Shown: positions 21,384 through 31,688 of the stretch, piece by piece
How the letters are laid out: the number at the start of each line of letters is the position of its first letter
Position numbering within the stretch: the first letter of the stretch is position 1
Assembly (NCBI GenBank): GCA_963768175.1
Contig: CAVYGQ010000001.1
Location: 574,305-638,304, forward strand
Reading direction: 5' to 3'
DNA length: 64,000 nucleotides
Origin: Candidatus Doudnabacteria bacterium
Lineage (GTDB): Bacteria; Patescibacteriota; Doudnabacteria; UBA920
Notes under the pieces: generated by a model
What the model was told of the DNA's origin: nothing
Database searches by the model: none
Seen by the model: the letters and a program-made list of their open reading frames with translations, nothing else
Program-made: the position numbers and the translations under genes

Positions 21384-21414
21384 AAGCATTTTATATCAAT
21401 AATAAGGCCTCTGT

Positions 21415-21485
21415 CAACCCCGTTAGAAGTCAAGCGCCAAAGGCGCTTGCCGATGCCCTTGGCGTCGGACTTCTAACGGGGTCAA
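21415..21485. repeat. CCCCGTTA-family palindromic element
   Basis: ACCCCGTTAGAAGTC...GACTTCTAACGGGGT; related copy at about 17776-17885. Confidence 0.8.
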
Positions 21486-21569
21486 GGGGAGTGATAAATA
21501 AAAAACCATGGCTCGTGCCAAGATATAATAGCATTATTTGAACTTAATTATCAACTGGCTTAACAATAG

Positions 21570-22484
21570 CTATCCCACAAAAAACTTAGCCAAAAGTTCC
21601 CGCTGTTTGCTTTGCGGATGGAACGAAAGTTCGTCTTCCAAAACCAAAATAAACTCTTCCCGGCGGATTTTGGGCAGCTGCCAGGAACGCAAGACCTTTT
21701 CCAACCAACGGCCAAATCCCCCGCTTAAGCTTTGTTCCAACGCCCGCTGCAGTCGGGAGGAATTTTTTATTTCCGACGGCATGGGTTCAAAATTAGGAAA
21801 AAACGTTTGTACCCACGCACGGTTTATTTGCTGGAATTCGGCGACGGTGCGGCCGTAAACCAAGGGCCGCAGTTTGGCGTACTCCCAAGCCGTATACAAA
21901 TTCCGCAGCTCCGTTACGGTTTTTACCCCGGCCAAATAATGATTTAAGCAAAACCGGCCGGCAATTTTTTTGCCGTGGCGGCGCAGGCCTAAAATTTGGA
22001 AATAAGCCGTAGCCGCGGTGCGCCCGAGCCATAAAAATTTCGGTTCTATTATAATTAACAAATCAATATCGGAATCGGGTTTTTGGACTCCCTGTGCCTG
22101 GCTGCCGGCCAGCGCCACTCCGCGCATAAAAGGCAAATATCTTAGGCCGCCGATAAATTTCCTGATGCGTCTTTCCCGCCCGATGCCATAAATGTAATTT
22201 GCCAGACGTTGTTCTATAATGCCGCTTCGCCCTTTTAAGCAATAAAAGCCGCTTTTTTGCTCCGTTTCATTTTGGCATTCTTCGTCAAAACACCTTAAGA
22301 CCTCATCAATACTAATTTTTTGATTATCATCCGCCGATTCACTAATTAATTCCCAACTGGTATTAATTTGACTTTTTAAAAATTGGGCATCGGCCAATAA
22401 AAATTTGTGCAATTCCAAAAGCGTTACAGGATAGTCCTGCAAATCAAAAAATTTTAAGGTAGATAAAATTCTCTGTTTTAGCAT
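21570..22484 (-). CDS. Nucleotidyltransferase-domain protein
   Basis: AGS.A.G...PDSDIDLLII Pol-beta-like signature. Confidence 0.75.
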   Translation of the reverse strand: MLKQRILSTLKFFDLQDYPVTLLELHKFLLADAQFLKSQINTSWELISESADDNQKISIDEVLRCFDEECQNETEQKSGFYCLKGRSGIIEQRLANYIYGIGRERRIRKFIGGLRYLPFMRGVALAGSQAQGVQKPDSDIDLLIIIEPKFLWLGRTAATAYFQILGLRRHGKKIAGRFCLNHYLAGVKTVTELRNLYTAWEYAKLRPLVYGRTVAEFQQINRAWVQTFFPNFEPMPSEIKNSSRLQRALEQSLSGGFGRWLEKVLRSWQLPKIRREEFILVLEDELSFHPQSKQRELLAKFFVG

Positions 22485-22521
22485 ATGTTGAGATAAAATG
22501 CTATCGCATTTTATGCTTACA

Positions 22522-22866
22522 CTATAGACCCAACTTGTCTAAAGTAATTTCTTCCCAATCGTCAAACCCTTCTGCTCTATATACCCGAAGCTTATGGAAA
22601 AATTCTGTTTCGGAAAATTTATACTGCGTTTGGGCGGATTGCCCGGCGCGGTGGCTGTACATTTCCTTTTTTTCCAAAACCACGGGGCGGTTTTCCCGGA
22701 CCAGCTTAAATTTCCCGGAAGGATTTTCAAAAATTAAGATATCCTGAGTGCCCTGCTTTATGGGTCCGTCCTGGGTGTCCATAATTAGATCTTCGTGGGT
22801 TAGCTTCACGTTTTTAAAATTTTTTTGCGCTATTTCCACTAATTGTTGCCATTTTTCTTCTATCAT
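22522..22866 (-). CDS. Hypothetical protein
   Basis: 114-aa ORF overlapping the upstream stop. Confidence 0.7.
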   Translation of the reverse strand: MIEEKWQQLVEIAQKNFKNVKLTHEDLIMDTQDGPIKQGTQDILIFENPSGKFKLVRENRPVVLEKKEMYSHRAGQSAQTQYKFSETEFFHKLRVYRAEGFDDWEEITLDKLGL

Positions 22867-24367
22867 TGGCTTGCTCCTTTATTAGCGGGCAGAACTTTTA
22901 ATGCATCCGCTATGCTTTGGACTTTTTTTAGAACTTCATCTTCATCAATTGTTAATAGCTTCCCGTCCTCCATAACCAATTGCCCGTTAATTATTGAATC
23001 AACCACATCTCCCCCGCTGGTATTATAGACCAAAGTGGAATAAATGTCGTAGCCGGCTTTTTGTAAATCAACAACAATCATGTCCGCCTGTTTGCCGGTC
23101 TCCAGGGAACCGATTTGGCTATCCAGCCCCAAAATTTTGGCTCCATTGATGGTAGCCATACGGACAATTTCCTCGGGGTCTATGGTTTTGCCGTCAGCAC
23201 AAAATTTTTGTCCGGCCGTGCCCGCCTCGACTCTGCGTCGTTGTAGCCGTGGCCGAGTTCGACCTGTCTCGCCTCGTCAAAACCTACATCCGAACCGAGG
23301 CGGGCGCGAGGCGGGCAATTCAAATGCCCGTTTGCGGCAAAACGCATTTGCGCAAACATGTCCAAGTTACTGCTCGGCTCGCCGTCGGTACCAAAAGCCA
23401 CCGTAATATTTTTGTCCAGCATAGCCGGGGCCGGTGTCAGCGGTGTAGATAAATTATATTCGCTTATTGGGTTAAACGATACGCCGACGTTGGGATACTG
23501 CGCTAGCTCGCTGATTTCGTCATCGGTCAGGTCCACGGCGTGGGCTAAAACAATTTTATTGCGCAGTAGCCCGGCCTGTGTTATTAACCCAAGCGGAGTA
23601 AGATTATATTTGGCCAAAGAATCCGCCCTCGCCTGAGCATCTTCCTCAAAATGGATGTGAATAAGAAAATTTTTGGCTAAGGCGTAATCGGAAATTTGAC
23701 GCAATTCAGCCGCGGTATAATCCAAAAGCGGGTTCGGCGCCAGGGAAAAACCGATAAGCGAATTGTTTTGGTTTTGCTTTACAATACCATCGTTAAAGGT
23801 AATTTGGCCATTTTGCTCGGTGGTTGGGATCCTTAACACGGTCCGCATCCCGGAAACCTCCGTGGCCGAAGCGGCCTGTTCTGGGGAAAAATACATATCG
23901 TTAAAAACGGTGGTACCGCTTTTAATCATTTTGTCTTCGGCCAAAAGCGTCCCCCAATACACGTCGTCGGGAGTTATACGCGACTCTAATACCGACATAG
24001 TGTTTAGCCACGGCTCCAGCGCTTCCCCGCTGCCCAAGCCGGTTAGCAAAGTCATAGCGGAATGCGCGTGGGTGTTTACCAGGCCGGGCATAACTAACTT
24101 GCCACTCACATTAATGATTTTTGACGCCCTGATGCCGGCCGGAGCCGTGCCCTCTCCCAAAGCGATGATTTTCCCGTCTTTTATTTCAACCCATCCCGGA
24201 TTATAAATATCGGAGTGCGCGTCCATGGTTAAAACTTCGGCGTTGGTGATAAGAATGTCCGCCGTGTAATTATTTTTTATGGCTGGCTGATGAGAACTAA
24301 AATGCCAAAATAAAAAACCGGCAACAACAAACAAAAGTAAAACGGAAAAAACTACCTTTTTTCGCAC
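22863..24367 (-). pseudogene. Amidohydrolase (MTA/SAH deaminase-like), frame broken by a 95-bp palindromic insertion
   Basis: MPGLVNTHAH, HIHFEE, LAHAV, GTDG in ORF 23180-24367; MATINGAK..G..IGSLE.GK.AD in ORF 22863-23159. Confidence 0.8.
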
Positions 24368-24402
24368 TGTTAAAATGTTTAGATACTTAAAAGTCTAAAT
24401 GA

Positions 24403-24645
24403 TTACTGTAAACCCTGAAGCGGCGCAATATAAGCGCTGTTTAAACTACTTAAAGCAAAAGGCAAAATAAACAAAGCAGCCAAGAGCGGCAACACTACCA
24501 AAATAAGAGTAATGTATAACTGCCATTTCATGTAATTCTTGGTCTTGCGGGTGTTCTCATAAATTGCGAGCAGCATTTCGTCGGTGGTGGGTTTTGGAAC
24601 TTCACTTGTTGTTGGCGCGGGCACTGGAGTTGTGTTGTTTTCCAT
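24403..24645 (-). CDS. Small membrane protein
   Basis: 80 aa with one TM. Confidence 0.7.
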   Translation of the reverse strand: MENNTTPVPAPTTSEVPKPTTDEMLLAIYENTRKTKNYMKWQLYITLILVVLPLLAALFILPFALSSLNSAYIAPLQGLQ

Positions 24646-24654
24646 ATAGATTTT

Positions 24655-24897
24655 TTAATTTTTTGGGGATGCTACTCCAAAACGAAATGTATCTTTTTCA
24701 AAAAATTGATTTTTATAAGTGCAATATAGTTCTGGGGGTAAACTTTTCGTTTGACCTTGGGTAATTTTCCCACCCATTTCAACACATTCTTTATAACTGT
24801 TTGGCGTTCTTAAACCAAAAGTCCATCGGATAGGGGCAAAAAAGTACCAACATATCAGTACCACCAAGACAGGCAAAATAATTATTGATTTTTTCAT
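24655..24897 (-). CDS. Small secreted/membrane protein
   Basis: N-terminal TM; SYKECVEMGG...C motif. Confidence 0.65.
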   Translation of the reverse strand: MKKSIIILPVLVVLICWYFFAPIRWTFGLRTPNSYKECVEMGGKITQGQTKSLPPELYCTYKNQFFEKDTFRFGVASPKN

Positions 24898-24978
24898 TAT
24901 AATTCCTTTCTAAGATTATTGTAGCATATTGTAGCTTGCCCATTTATGGGCTTCTTAAAAAGCCGATAAATCGGCACA

Positions 24979-25911
24979 CTACACTTGGCACTTGGGACAA
25001 AAACTCCCTGTCCTTCCGCCTATTTTAGTTGCCTCGATGATACTGCCACATTTTTTGCACTTCTGCCCTTTGCGGCCGTAAACAAAATGGAACTTCCCCA
25101 TTTGCCCCCAGCTGCCGTCAGTGCGCACAAAGTCGCCGACACTGGATCCTTTGGCTTTTATAGCTTTAATAAGCACAAGCTTTATCCATTTATATATGGC
25201 TAATAATTCTTTGCCGCTCAACGATGAAACCTTACGCGTTGGCCTGACGCCGGCGTGGAATAAAATTTCATCGGAGTAAATATTGCCGATGCCCGCCACA
25301 AAATGGCTGTCCATAAGCAGTTGCTTAATGGAAATTTTTCTCTTGTTGACTTTTCGCGCGGCCGCGCGAAAAGTCAACAAGGTATATTTTTTATCCAACG
25401 GCTCGGGACCGTATTCCTGCAATTCTCTGACTCGATCAAGCTCGCTCTCGCGCACTAACTTTAAGTAGCCGAATTTCCGAATGTCGTTGAAATAAAGATG
25501 GCTACCGTCTGTAAATGTAAAAACCACGTGCGTATGTTTGGAAGGCAAAAGTTCCAGCGGCGCCGTCAGCTTATTTAGTAATCGAAACTTTCCGCCAGTT
25601 CTTTTCCGTAAAGCTTTGTCCTCAAAAATAAACTGCCCGGTCATTTTAAGGTGGGCCAGCATAAAAAACGGACCCGAAAGATTGAATATCAACAACTTCG
25701 CCCGACGCTTAACCGATATAATTTTTTTTCCTTTTAGTAAACTTATAAACTTATCAGCCGACCGCTTATCGGCTTTCCTGATATTACTGGCGACTCCCGG
25801 GCCGACGGCAACCATTTTTGGCGCGTTAACCACAACCGATTTTATTGTCCGGTTTTTTAATTTGCGGTTAAGCTCGCCGGCGATAGTTTGGACTTCGGGA
25901 AGTTCAGGCAT
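24979..25911 (-). CDS. mutM: Formamidopyrimidine-DNA glycosylase
   Basis: MPELPEV, HLKMTG, DIRKFG, GIGNIYSDE, C4 zinc finger. Confidence 0.98.
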   Translation of the reverse strand: MPELPEVQTIAGELNRKLKNRTIKSVVVNAPKMVAVGPGVASNIRKADKRSADKFISLLKGKKIISVKRRAKLLIFNLSGPFFMLAHLKMTGQFIFEDKALRKRTGGKFRLLNKLTAPLELLPSKHTHVVFTFTDGSHLYFNDIRKFGYLKLVRESELDRVRELQEYGPEPLDKKYTLLTFRAAARKVNKRKISIKQLLMDSHFVAGIGNIYSDEILFHAGVRPTRKVSSLSGKELLAIYKWIKLVLIKAIKAKGSSVGDFVRTDGSWGQMGKFHFVYGRKGQKCKKCGSIIEATKIGGRTGSFCPKCQV

Positions 25912-26062
25912 AAGGTTAATGACAAAAATTAAAAAAATGACATAAATGACAAAATTTTAAATTAAACCGCGGAGCTATTTTTATTATTTTTGCTCATTTT
26001 TGTCATTTTTGTTCATTTCCATTATACCATCAAAAACCCAGGCATGATATAATTAATAAACC

Positions 26063-27577
26063 ATGAAACAATTCCCCGATTTCCTAAAATCAATCCCGCA
26101 TAAATTCAGCCCTAAAGAAGAGCAGATTTTAAAGCATGCCTATGAATTTGCCTACAAAGCCCACGAGGGACAAAAGCGCAAAAACGGCGACACATATTTT
26201 TTACATCCCCGGGAAGCAGCAGTAATTTTAGGGCAAATTTTCCCAGATCCCTCCACTTTAGCCGCAACCCTTTTGCACGACGTGCCCGAAGATACCAGTA
26301 TTTCTTTGGATAAACTGGAAGAGGAATTCGGCCCGGAAATCGCGCACCTAATTGACGGCGTCACCCAGCTAGGACAGGTACGGATGAAGGACAGCAAAGA
26401 CAAATTTTACGTGGAAAATCTGCGCAAATTGTTTATCGCCACCAGCCAGGACATCCGCGTTATACTAATCAAGCTGGCCGACCGCATCCACAACATGCGC
26501 ACCATTGAATTTATTCCTCCGGAAAAACAACTCAAGGTTGCGGGTGAAACTCTGGAAATTTACGCGCCCATTGCCGCCCGCCTGGGCATTGGCAATTGGA
26601 AAGACGAACTGGAAGATTTGTCCTTTAAAATTGTTTACCCCAAAGAGTACGAGGATACCAAAAAGCTTCTGGCCGAGGAGCTAAAGAGCCGCGAAGAAAG
26701 CGTCAAAGAAATGGAAAAAATGCTTAACCATACTTTGCGCACCGAGGGCATTAAATATTTAGAAATTAACGGACGCGTAAAACGCCTATATTCGCTGTTC
26801 AGGAAAATGCAAAAATATCAAAACGACATAACCAAAATCCACGATATAATCGCGCTGAGGATTATCACCAAATCCACCGCCGACTGCTACGCGGCTTTGG
26901 GCATAATCCACAAACACTTCCAGCCGCTGCCCGGACGGATTAAAGATTACATTGCCACCCCCAAGCCCAACGGCTACCAAAGCCTGCACACCACCGTATT
27001 CAATAAGGAAGGCAAGACTTTTGAAATCCAAATCCGAACCGACCTAATGCACGAGGAGGCCGAGCGCGGGGTAGCCGCGCACTGGTTTTACGCCGAAGAG
27101 GGCAAACCAGAAGCCATAGGCAGGGTGCAGGCCAACTGGATTAAAGAGCTGCAAAGCTGGCAGGAAGAAACCCAAAATCCCGAAGAATTTTTGGAAAGCC
27201 TGAAAATCGATTTTTTCCGCGACCGGATTTTTGTCTTTACCCCCAAAGGCGACATTAAAGATTTGCCGGCCGGCGCCAGCGTCATAGATTTTGCCTTTGC
27301 CGTGCACACCGACTTGGGCTACCACATGATGGGCGCTAAAATTAACGGCAAAATGAAAAGTATTTATGACGAGCTGGATAACGAAGACACCGTGGAAATT
27401 ATCAAGACCAAAAAAGAAGCGGTCATTTCCCGCGACTGGCTCAAAGCCGCCAAGACCCACAGCGCGCGCAACCGCATCCGCCACTACCTGCACGAGCACG
27501 ACAAAGGCATTTTTGACCGGATTAAGGAATTAAAACTCAAAGATTTCTCTCTGCCGAAGTTTTTTAGGAAGAAATAG
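26063..27577 (+). CDS. rel: RelA/SpoT family protein (HD, synthetase and TGS domains; short C-terminus)
   Basis: LLHDVPED, KLADRIHNMRT, PKPNGYQSLHT, EIQIRT, FVFTPKG. Confidence 0.95.
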   Translation: MKQFPDFLKSIPHKFSPKEEQILKHAYEFAYKAHEGQKRKNGDTYFLHPREAAVILGQIFPDPSTLAATLLHDVPEDTSISLDKLEEEFGPEIAHLIDGVTQLGQVRMKDSKDKFYVENLRKLFIATSQDIRVILIKLADRIHNMRTIEFIPPEKQLKVAGETLEIYAPIAARLGIGNWKDELEDLSFKIVYPKEYEDTKKLLAEELKSREESVKEMEKMLNHTLRTEGIKYLEINGRVKRLYSLFRKMQKYQNDITKIHDIIALRIITKSTADCYAALGIIHKHFQPLPGRIKDYIATPKPNGYQSLHTTVFNKEGKTFEIQIRTDLMHEEAERGVAAHWFYAEEGKPEAIGRVQANWIKELQSWQEETQNPEEFLESLKIDFFRDRIFVFTPKGDIKDLPAGASVIDFAFAVHTDLGYHMMGAKINGKMKSIYDELDNEDTVEIIKTKKEAVISRDWLKAAKTHSARNRIRHYLHEHDKGIFDRIKELKLKDFSLPKFFRKK

Positions 27578-27665
27578 CGACACTAATACACGAATTGCAC
27601 ACGAATGACACGAATACAAAGATGCCCATTGCGTTGCGCAATGGGCATCTTTGTATAATAGCAAT

Positions 27666-27869
27666 CTATTCCGGTTTCTTTTCCGGATCTTCCATCCTAG
27701 ATTTCATTCTTTTGTTTAAATAGGCCTCCACTCTCGCCAATTGTTGCCATGCCTCAGGATTAGCGTCAGTAGCTAACCTTAGCAATTTAATAATTTCTAT
27801 TGCCTGTTCATCATTTGTGATCTCCGGGTCGCCAAATTTAGTTTCTCGTGGCTGTTTTAGCCCCTCCAT
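27666..27869 (-). CDS. Hypothetical protein
   Basis: 67-aa ORF. Confidence 0.45.
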   Translation of the reverse strand: MEGLKQPRETKFGDPEITNDEQAIEIIKLLRLATDANPEAWQQLARVEAYLNKRMKSRMEDPEKKPE

Positions 27870-28124
27870 TTTCTGTCAATATATTCCTGCTCTCCGGGTT
27901 CCATAAATTTTCCTTTCTAAATTTACTTTTTTATCGCCTTTATACTATATTACTCTCTCTATGCTTGTCAAAAATTAAAAAAACTCCCCATTTGGGAAGT
28001 TTCTGTTAAGGTCATTATTGCTCAGTTAAGAGATCCTTCGCTCGGATGCACTCGCTCAGGATGACGCCGAGGTATGGAGTTTACAGCGTGTAATCCGCGT
28101 AAATATCCGCGTGTAATCCGCGGT

Positions 28125-28619
28125 TTAATACGCTATTGTATGCTTGGTATAGCCAGGCTTGTGATCAAGTAACTCCGATGGAGCAAACCAGACGGCAATC
28201 TCGGCCGCGGCTTCTTCAGGGCTGCCGGAGGCGTGAACTAAATTATACACGCCCATTTTTTTGCTGTCGGCGTGCTTAAACGAAACATGGGAAAAGTCGC
28301 CGCGGATGGTTCCGGGAGCGGCGGCCTTTGGCTCCGTTGGCCCCACCATTTTGCGCACAATTTCCACGGCTTCCACGCCTTCCAAACAAAGCGCGACAAC
28401 CGGACCGGACATGAGCATTTCTATCATTAAGTCCCTCACATGCTGGCCGCGTCTTTTGGCCAAGTCTTCGGTATAATGTTTTGCTGCATGCTCTTTTCCC
28501 GGCAAAAGCATTTTAAGGCCGGCAATTTTTAAACCCACGCGCTCAAAACGCGCTGTTATTTCACCCACCAAGCCGCGGTCAACGGCATCGGGTTTTAAAA
28601 GCACTAGTGTTCGTTCCAT
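28125..28619 (-). CDS. ndk: Nucleoside diphosphate kinase
   Basis: ERTLVLLKPDAV, PGTIRGDF, NLVHASGS. Confidence 0.97.
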   Translation of the reverse strand: MERTLVLLKPDAVDRGLVGEITARFERVGLKIAGLKMLLPGKEHAAKHYTEDLAKRRGQHVRDLMIEMLMSGPVVALCLEGVEAVEIVRKMVGPTEPKAAAPGTIRGDFSHVSFKHADSKKMGVYNLVHASGSPEEAAAEIAVWFAPSELLDHKPGYTKHTIAY

Positions 28620-28696
28620 AAGAATGGTTGTAAGTTGCAAGTTAGTAAGCAGTAAGTAACTTGGAACTTACAACTCTACAACTTACAACTGGTTAA

Positions 28697-29467
28697 TTAT
28701 TTTATGATTTTAACTGACTCCATAACCACAGGCGTTTTGGGAGTACCGTCAGTCGGGCCCATTACCGGAGTAATTGGGACCTGGCCGATTTCATCAACCA
28801 CATCCTGCCCGGCAATAACTTTTCCAAAAATTGTATAGTTGTGGGGCAGATTGTTGTCGGCCAGCATAATAAAGAACTGGCTGCCGTTGGTATTAGGACC
28901 GCTGTTGGCCATAGCCAGGACTCCTTTAAGATATCCTGCTTGGTAAGACGGCGTGTCTGGATTCAGCTCGTCCGCAAACGGCTTGCCAAAAGCGCTTTGT
29001 CCGCCGGTGCCGTTGCCGTTTGGGTCTCCGCCTTGGATAACAAAGCCCGCTGCCACGCGGTGGAAAGTCAGGCAGTCATAATATCCGGAATCGGTTAAAC
29101 GCAAAAAATTCTGCGCCGCCAAAGGCGCGTCTTTATCGTAGAGCTGCACGGTAATGCTGCCGAAATCTTTTACGTTAATTTGTACTTCCCTATTGGCGAT
29201 GTTTATTTTGGCGTTTGACGTTAATTTGCTTTGGCTAAAATCCCTGATGCATCCGGAAGTTGCCGGCGGCTGGGCGGGCGTGGTTGAAGCGACCGTTTCG
29301 GCCGGCTGGCTGCTTTGGGCTACTGCCGGCTGCTGCTGGGTATTGTTTTGGGCCACGGGAGCCGGAATTACCAAAGGCTTTGTCTGCTGCCAGTAAAAAT
29401 ACCATGATAAAGCGGCGCCGACTGCGATTATTAAGACGATAACTAAAACTAAGGTTTTATTGCTCAT
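28697..29467 (-). CDS. Membrane-anchored cyclophilin peptidyl-prolyl isomerase
   Basis: FHRV..GFVIQGGDP.G.GTGG, AMANSGPNTNGSQFFI. Confidence 0.95.
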   Translation of the reverse strand: MSNKTLVLVIVLIIAVGAALSWYFYWQQTKPLVIPAPVAQNNTQQQPAVAQSSQPAETVASTTPAQPPATSGCIRDFSQSKLTSNAKINIANREVQINVKDFGSITVQLYDKDAPLAAQNFLRLTDSGYYDCLTFHRVAAGFVIQGGDPNGNGTGGQSAFGKPFADELNPDTPSYQAGYLKGVLAMANSGPNTNGSQFFIMLADNNLPHNYTIFGKVIAGQDVVDEIGQVPITPVMGPTDGTPKTPVVMESVKIIK

Positions 29468-29502
29468 TCTTTATATGATTAGTTAATTCTTTGATTATTT
29501 TA

Positions 29503-30954
29503 TCATACCGCGGCATTTAATTCAACCGGCGCGGATTTTTTGTTTGCGAGGTATCTTAACACAAAATAAATCCCAAAAACTCCCCCGATTAAGGCCCAGA
29601 ATATCCAGGCCGAAATTTGGAAATTCAGGAAGCTTAAAGGCAAGCCGGCAAAAAATGATGTGACTTTTAAAATGTAAAGCAGTAGCCAGTTGGCCACCAC
29701 GGCAAAGCCAGGACCAGCAAAAGGCAAAGCGGATAAAAAGCCAAACAGCATGGCCAAAGGCAAAACCGGCATAATTAAAACATTGACTATCGGCGCCGAA
29801 AAGCTCAACACGCCGAAGTCCAGCAAAATTATGGGCAAAGTGGAAAGCACGGCGGCCAGGGTAATAAGGAACAATTTTTTGGCGCCGAAAATTTCCGGTA
29901 TTTTTGGCGTCAACTGGTTAAAAACCGGTAAAAAATAAACAATGCCCAAAGTCGCGGCAAATGACAGCTGGAAGCCCACGTCCCAAAACAGAATTTTTGG
30001 GTTAATAACCAACATAACCAAAGCGGCAAAAAACAGCGCCGGCACTATGGAATACTGCCGGCCAATATTTAAGGCAATCAAGAGCAAAAAGCCCATTATG
30101 GCGGCGCGCACTACCGAGGACGGAGCGCCGGTAATAATCACGAAAGCAAAGACCGCGGCAATTGTCAACCAAAAAACCGCGCGCCTGCCCAAATAAAACG
30201 CGAGAGCGGTTAAAAGCGAAACAATAATTGTCACCTTATATCCGTCTACGGCAATAATGTGCGAGGCGCCGGTTTCGCTAAAATCGCTGACCACCGACTG
30301 CGGCAACATACCCTTTTGTCCGGTCAAGATGGCCAAAAGCAGGCTGCGCTGCGGCTCCTCTAACAATTCGGCTATTTTGCCGCTAAAATCGTCTTTGATT
30401 TTTAACAAAAAATATTTTACCGGATTAAGCCGCCGGCTTTTTAAAATCAAAATTTTTGGATAGCTCATAACCGCGTAAATATTAAAACGCTCCAAATATT
30501 TTTGATAGTCAAAATCGCCGTAATTTTTGGGCTGCCCGGGTTTGCCTTCCACCACCACCCAATCGCCGTAAAAAAATTTCTGCGTCAAAGGCGCGGTAAT
30601 CAAAATATTTTGGCTAAAGCCGTTGGGCGTAAAAGTTATTAACTGCTCACTGCTTCTTACGTCCACGTCCTCGGTTATATATCCTTCCATCTGTTGTTTA
30701 TTGTCCAAAAGATTTTGATATTCATTTGGCGCCATGGATGCCCCGAGCCTTAAAGCGCCAAGCCCCGCGCAAAATAAAAACAGCGCCGCAAGTGCGCTTT
30801 TGTTATTTTGGCCGAAAAAGAAAACGGCAAAGCCCGCCGCGCAAACAGCCAAAAAGATATCTAAGGCGTCAGCCGGAATATTAAATTTTGAGGCAATTAA
30901 TACGCCTGCCGCAAAACTTATGGCTATGCCAATAAACACTCTGCTCTTGTACAT
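29503..30954 (-). CDS. comEC: ComEC/Rec2 competence membrane protein
   Basis: FDYQKYL, TGASHIIAV.G, SVVRAAIM, DVGFQLSFAAT. Confidence 0.92.
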   Translation of the reverse strand: MYKSRVFIGIAISFAAGVLIASKFNIPADALDIFLAVCAAGFAVFFFGQNNKSALAALFLFCAGLGALRLGASMAPNEYQNLLDNKQQMEGYITEDVDVRSSEQLITFTPNGFSQNILITAPLTQKFFYGDWVVVEGKPGQPKNYGDFDYQKYLERFNIYAVMSYPKILILKSRRLNPVKYFLLKIKDDFSGKIAELLEEPQRSLLLAILTGQKGMLPQSVVSDFSETGASHIIAVDGYKVTIIVSLLTALAFYLGRRAVFWLTIAAVFAFVIITGAPSSVVRAAIMGFLLLIALNIGRQYSIVPALFFAALVMLVINPKILFWDVGFQLSFAATLGIVYFLPVFNQLTPKIPEIFGAKKLFLITLAAVLSTLPIILLDFGVLSFSAPIVNVLIMPVLPLAMLFGFLSALPFAGPGFAVVANWLLLYILKVTSFFAGLPLSFLNFQISAWIFWALIGGVFGIYFVLRYLANKKSAPVELNAAV

Positions 30955-31002
30955 TTCGTGGGTTGTTGATTTTTTGCGCGGCCGCGCAAAAAATCAACAA
31001 AA

Positions 31003-31224
31003 TTAAATTCTTATTTTTAACACTTTTTGTTTGGATTTCCCGCCGCGAACTAAAATGACTTTGGATTTGCTTACTCTAAAATACTCCGCCAGAGCTTCCA
31101 CTACCGTTTTGTTGGCCTTGCCTTCAAGCGGCGGCTGGCTAACATAAACGTGCAGGGTGCCAGATAGATCTTTTTCAACCCTGTGCTTTTTGGAACTTGG
31201 ATGAACAATTACGCTGATTTTCAT
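31003..31224 (-). CDS. DUF167/YggU family protein
   Basis: PPLEGKAN...LAEYF.V.KSKV.LVRG.KSK.K. Confidence 0.9.
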   Translation of the reverse strand: MKISVIVHPSSKKHRVEKDLSGTLHVYVSQPPLEGKANKTVVEALAEYFRVSKSKVILVRGGKSKQKVLKIRI

Positions 31225-31688
31225 CGTAATTTGTCCTTATATTTTTCTAAAAAGAACGGCAATTGGGAATGTTTCAACTCCGGCAAATTATCTAACTTAA
31301 ACCAGCCAATTTCGTCAAACTTATGCGGCTCGCCGTTTTTGGCCTGCCTTGGGTCAACCAAGACTTTAAAATCTAGGCTCACCCAATGGGTCGGCCGACC
31401 TAGGTGGCTACGGTGCACGTCACGGAACCCCAAAAACTCAAAACTTAAGACATCCGCGCAATATTCTTCCTTGATTTCCTTGCGCAAAGTATTTTCCGCC
31501 GTGTCGCCAAACTCCAAACCGCCGGCGCCGCAATCCCAGGCTCCGTGTTCATCCCGGGCTTGTTTGCCTCTCTTTTGCATTAAAAAATTTCCTTTGCCGT
31601 CGTGGCAAAAATAAACTACGGAAACGCCGATGAAATCTACGCCTTTACGTAGTGGCTGCAAGGGCGCGCTGTTTGTTTGATTTTGCAT
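31221..31688 (-). CDS. NUDIX hydrolase
   Basis: GGLEFGD....LRKEIKEE Nudix box; EPHK. Confidence 0.9.
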   Translation of the reverse strand: MQNQTNSAPLQPLRKGVDFIGVSVVYFCHDGKGNFLMQKRGKQARDEHGAWDCGAGGLEFGDTAENTLRKEIKEEYCADVLSFEFLGFRDVHRSHLGRPTHWVSLDFKVLVDPRQAKNGEPHKFDEIGWFKLDNLPELKHSQLPFFLEKYKDKLR

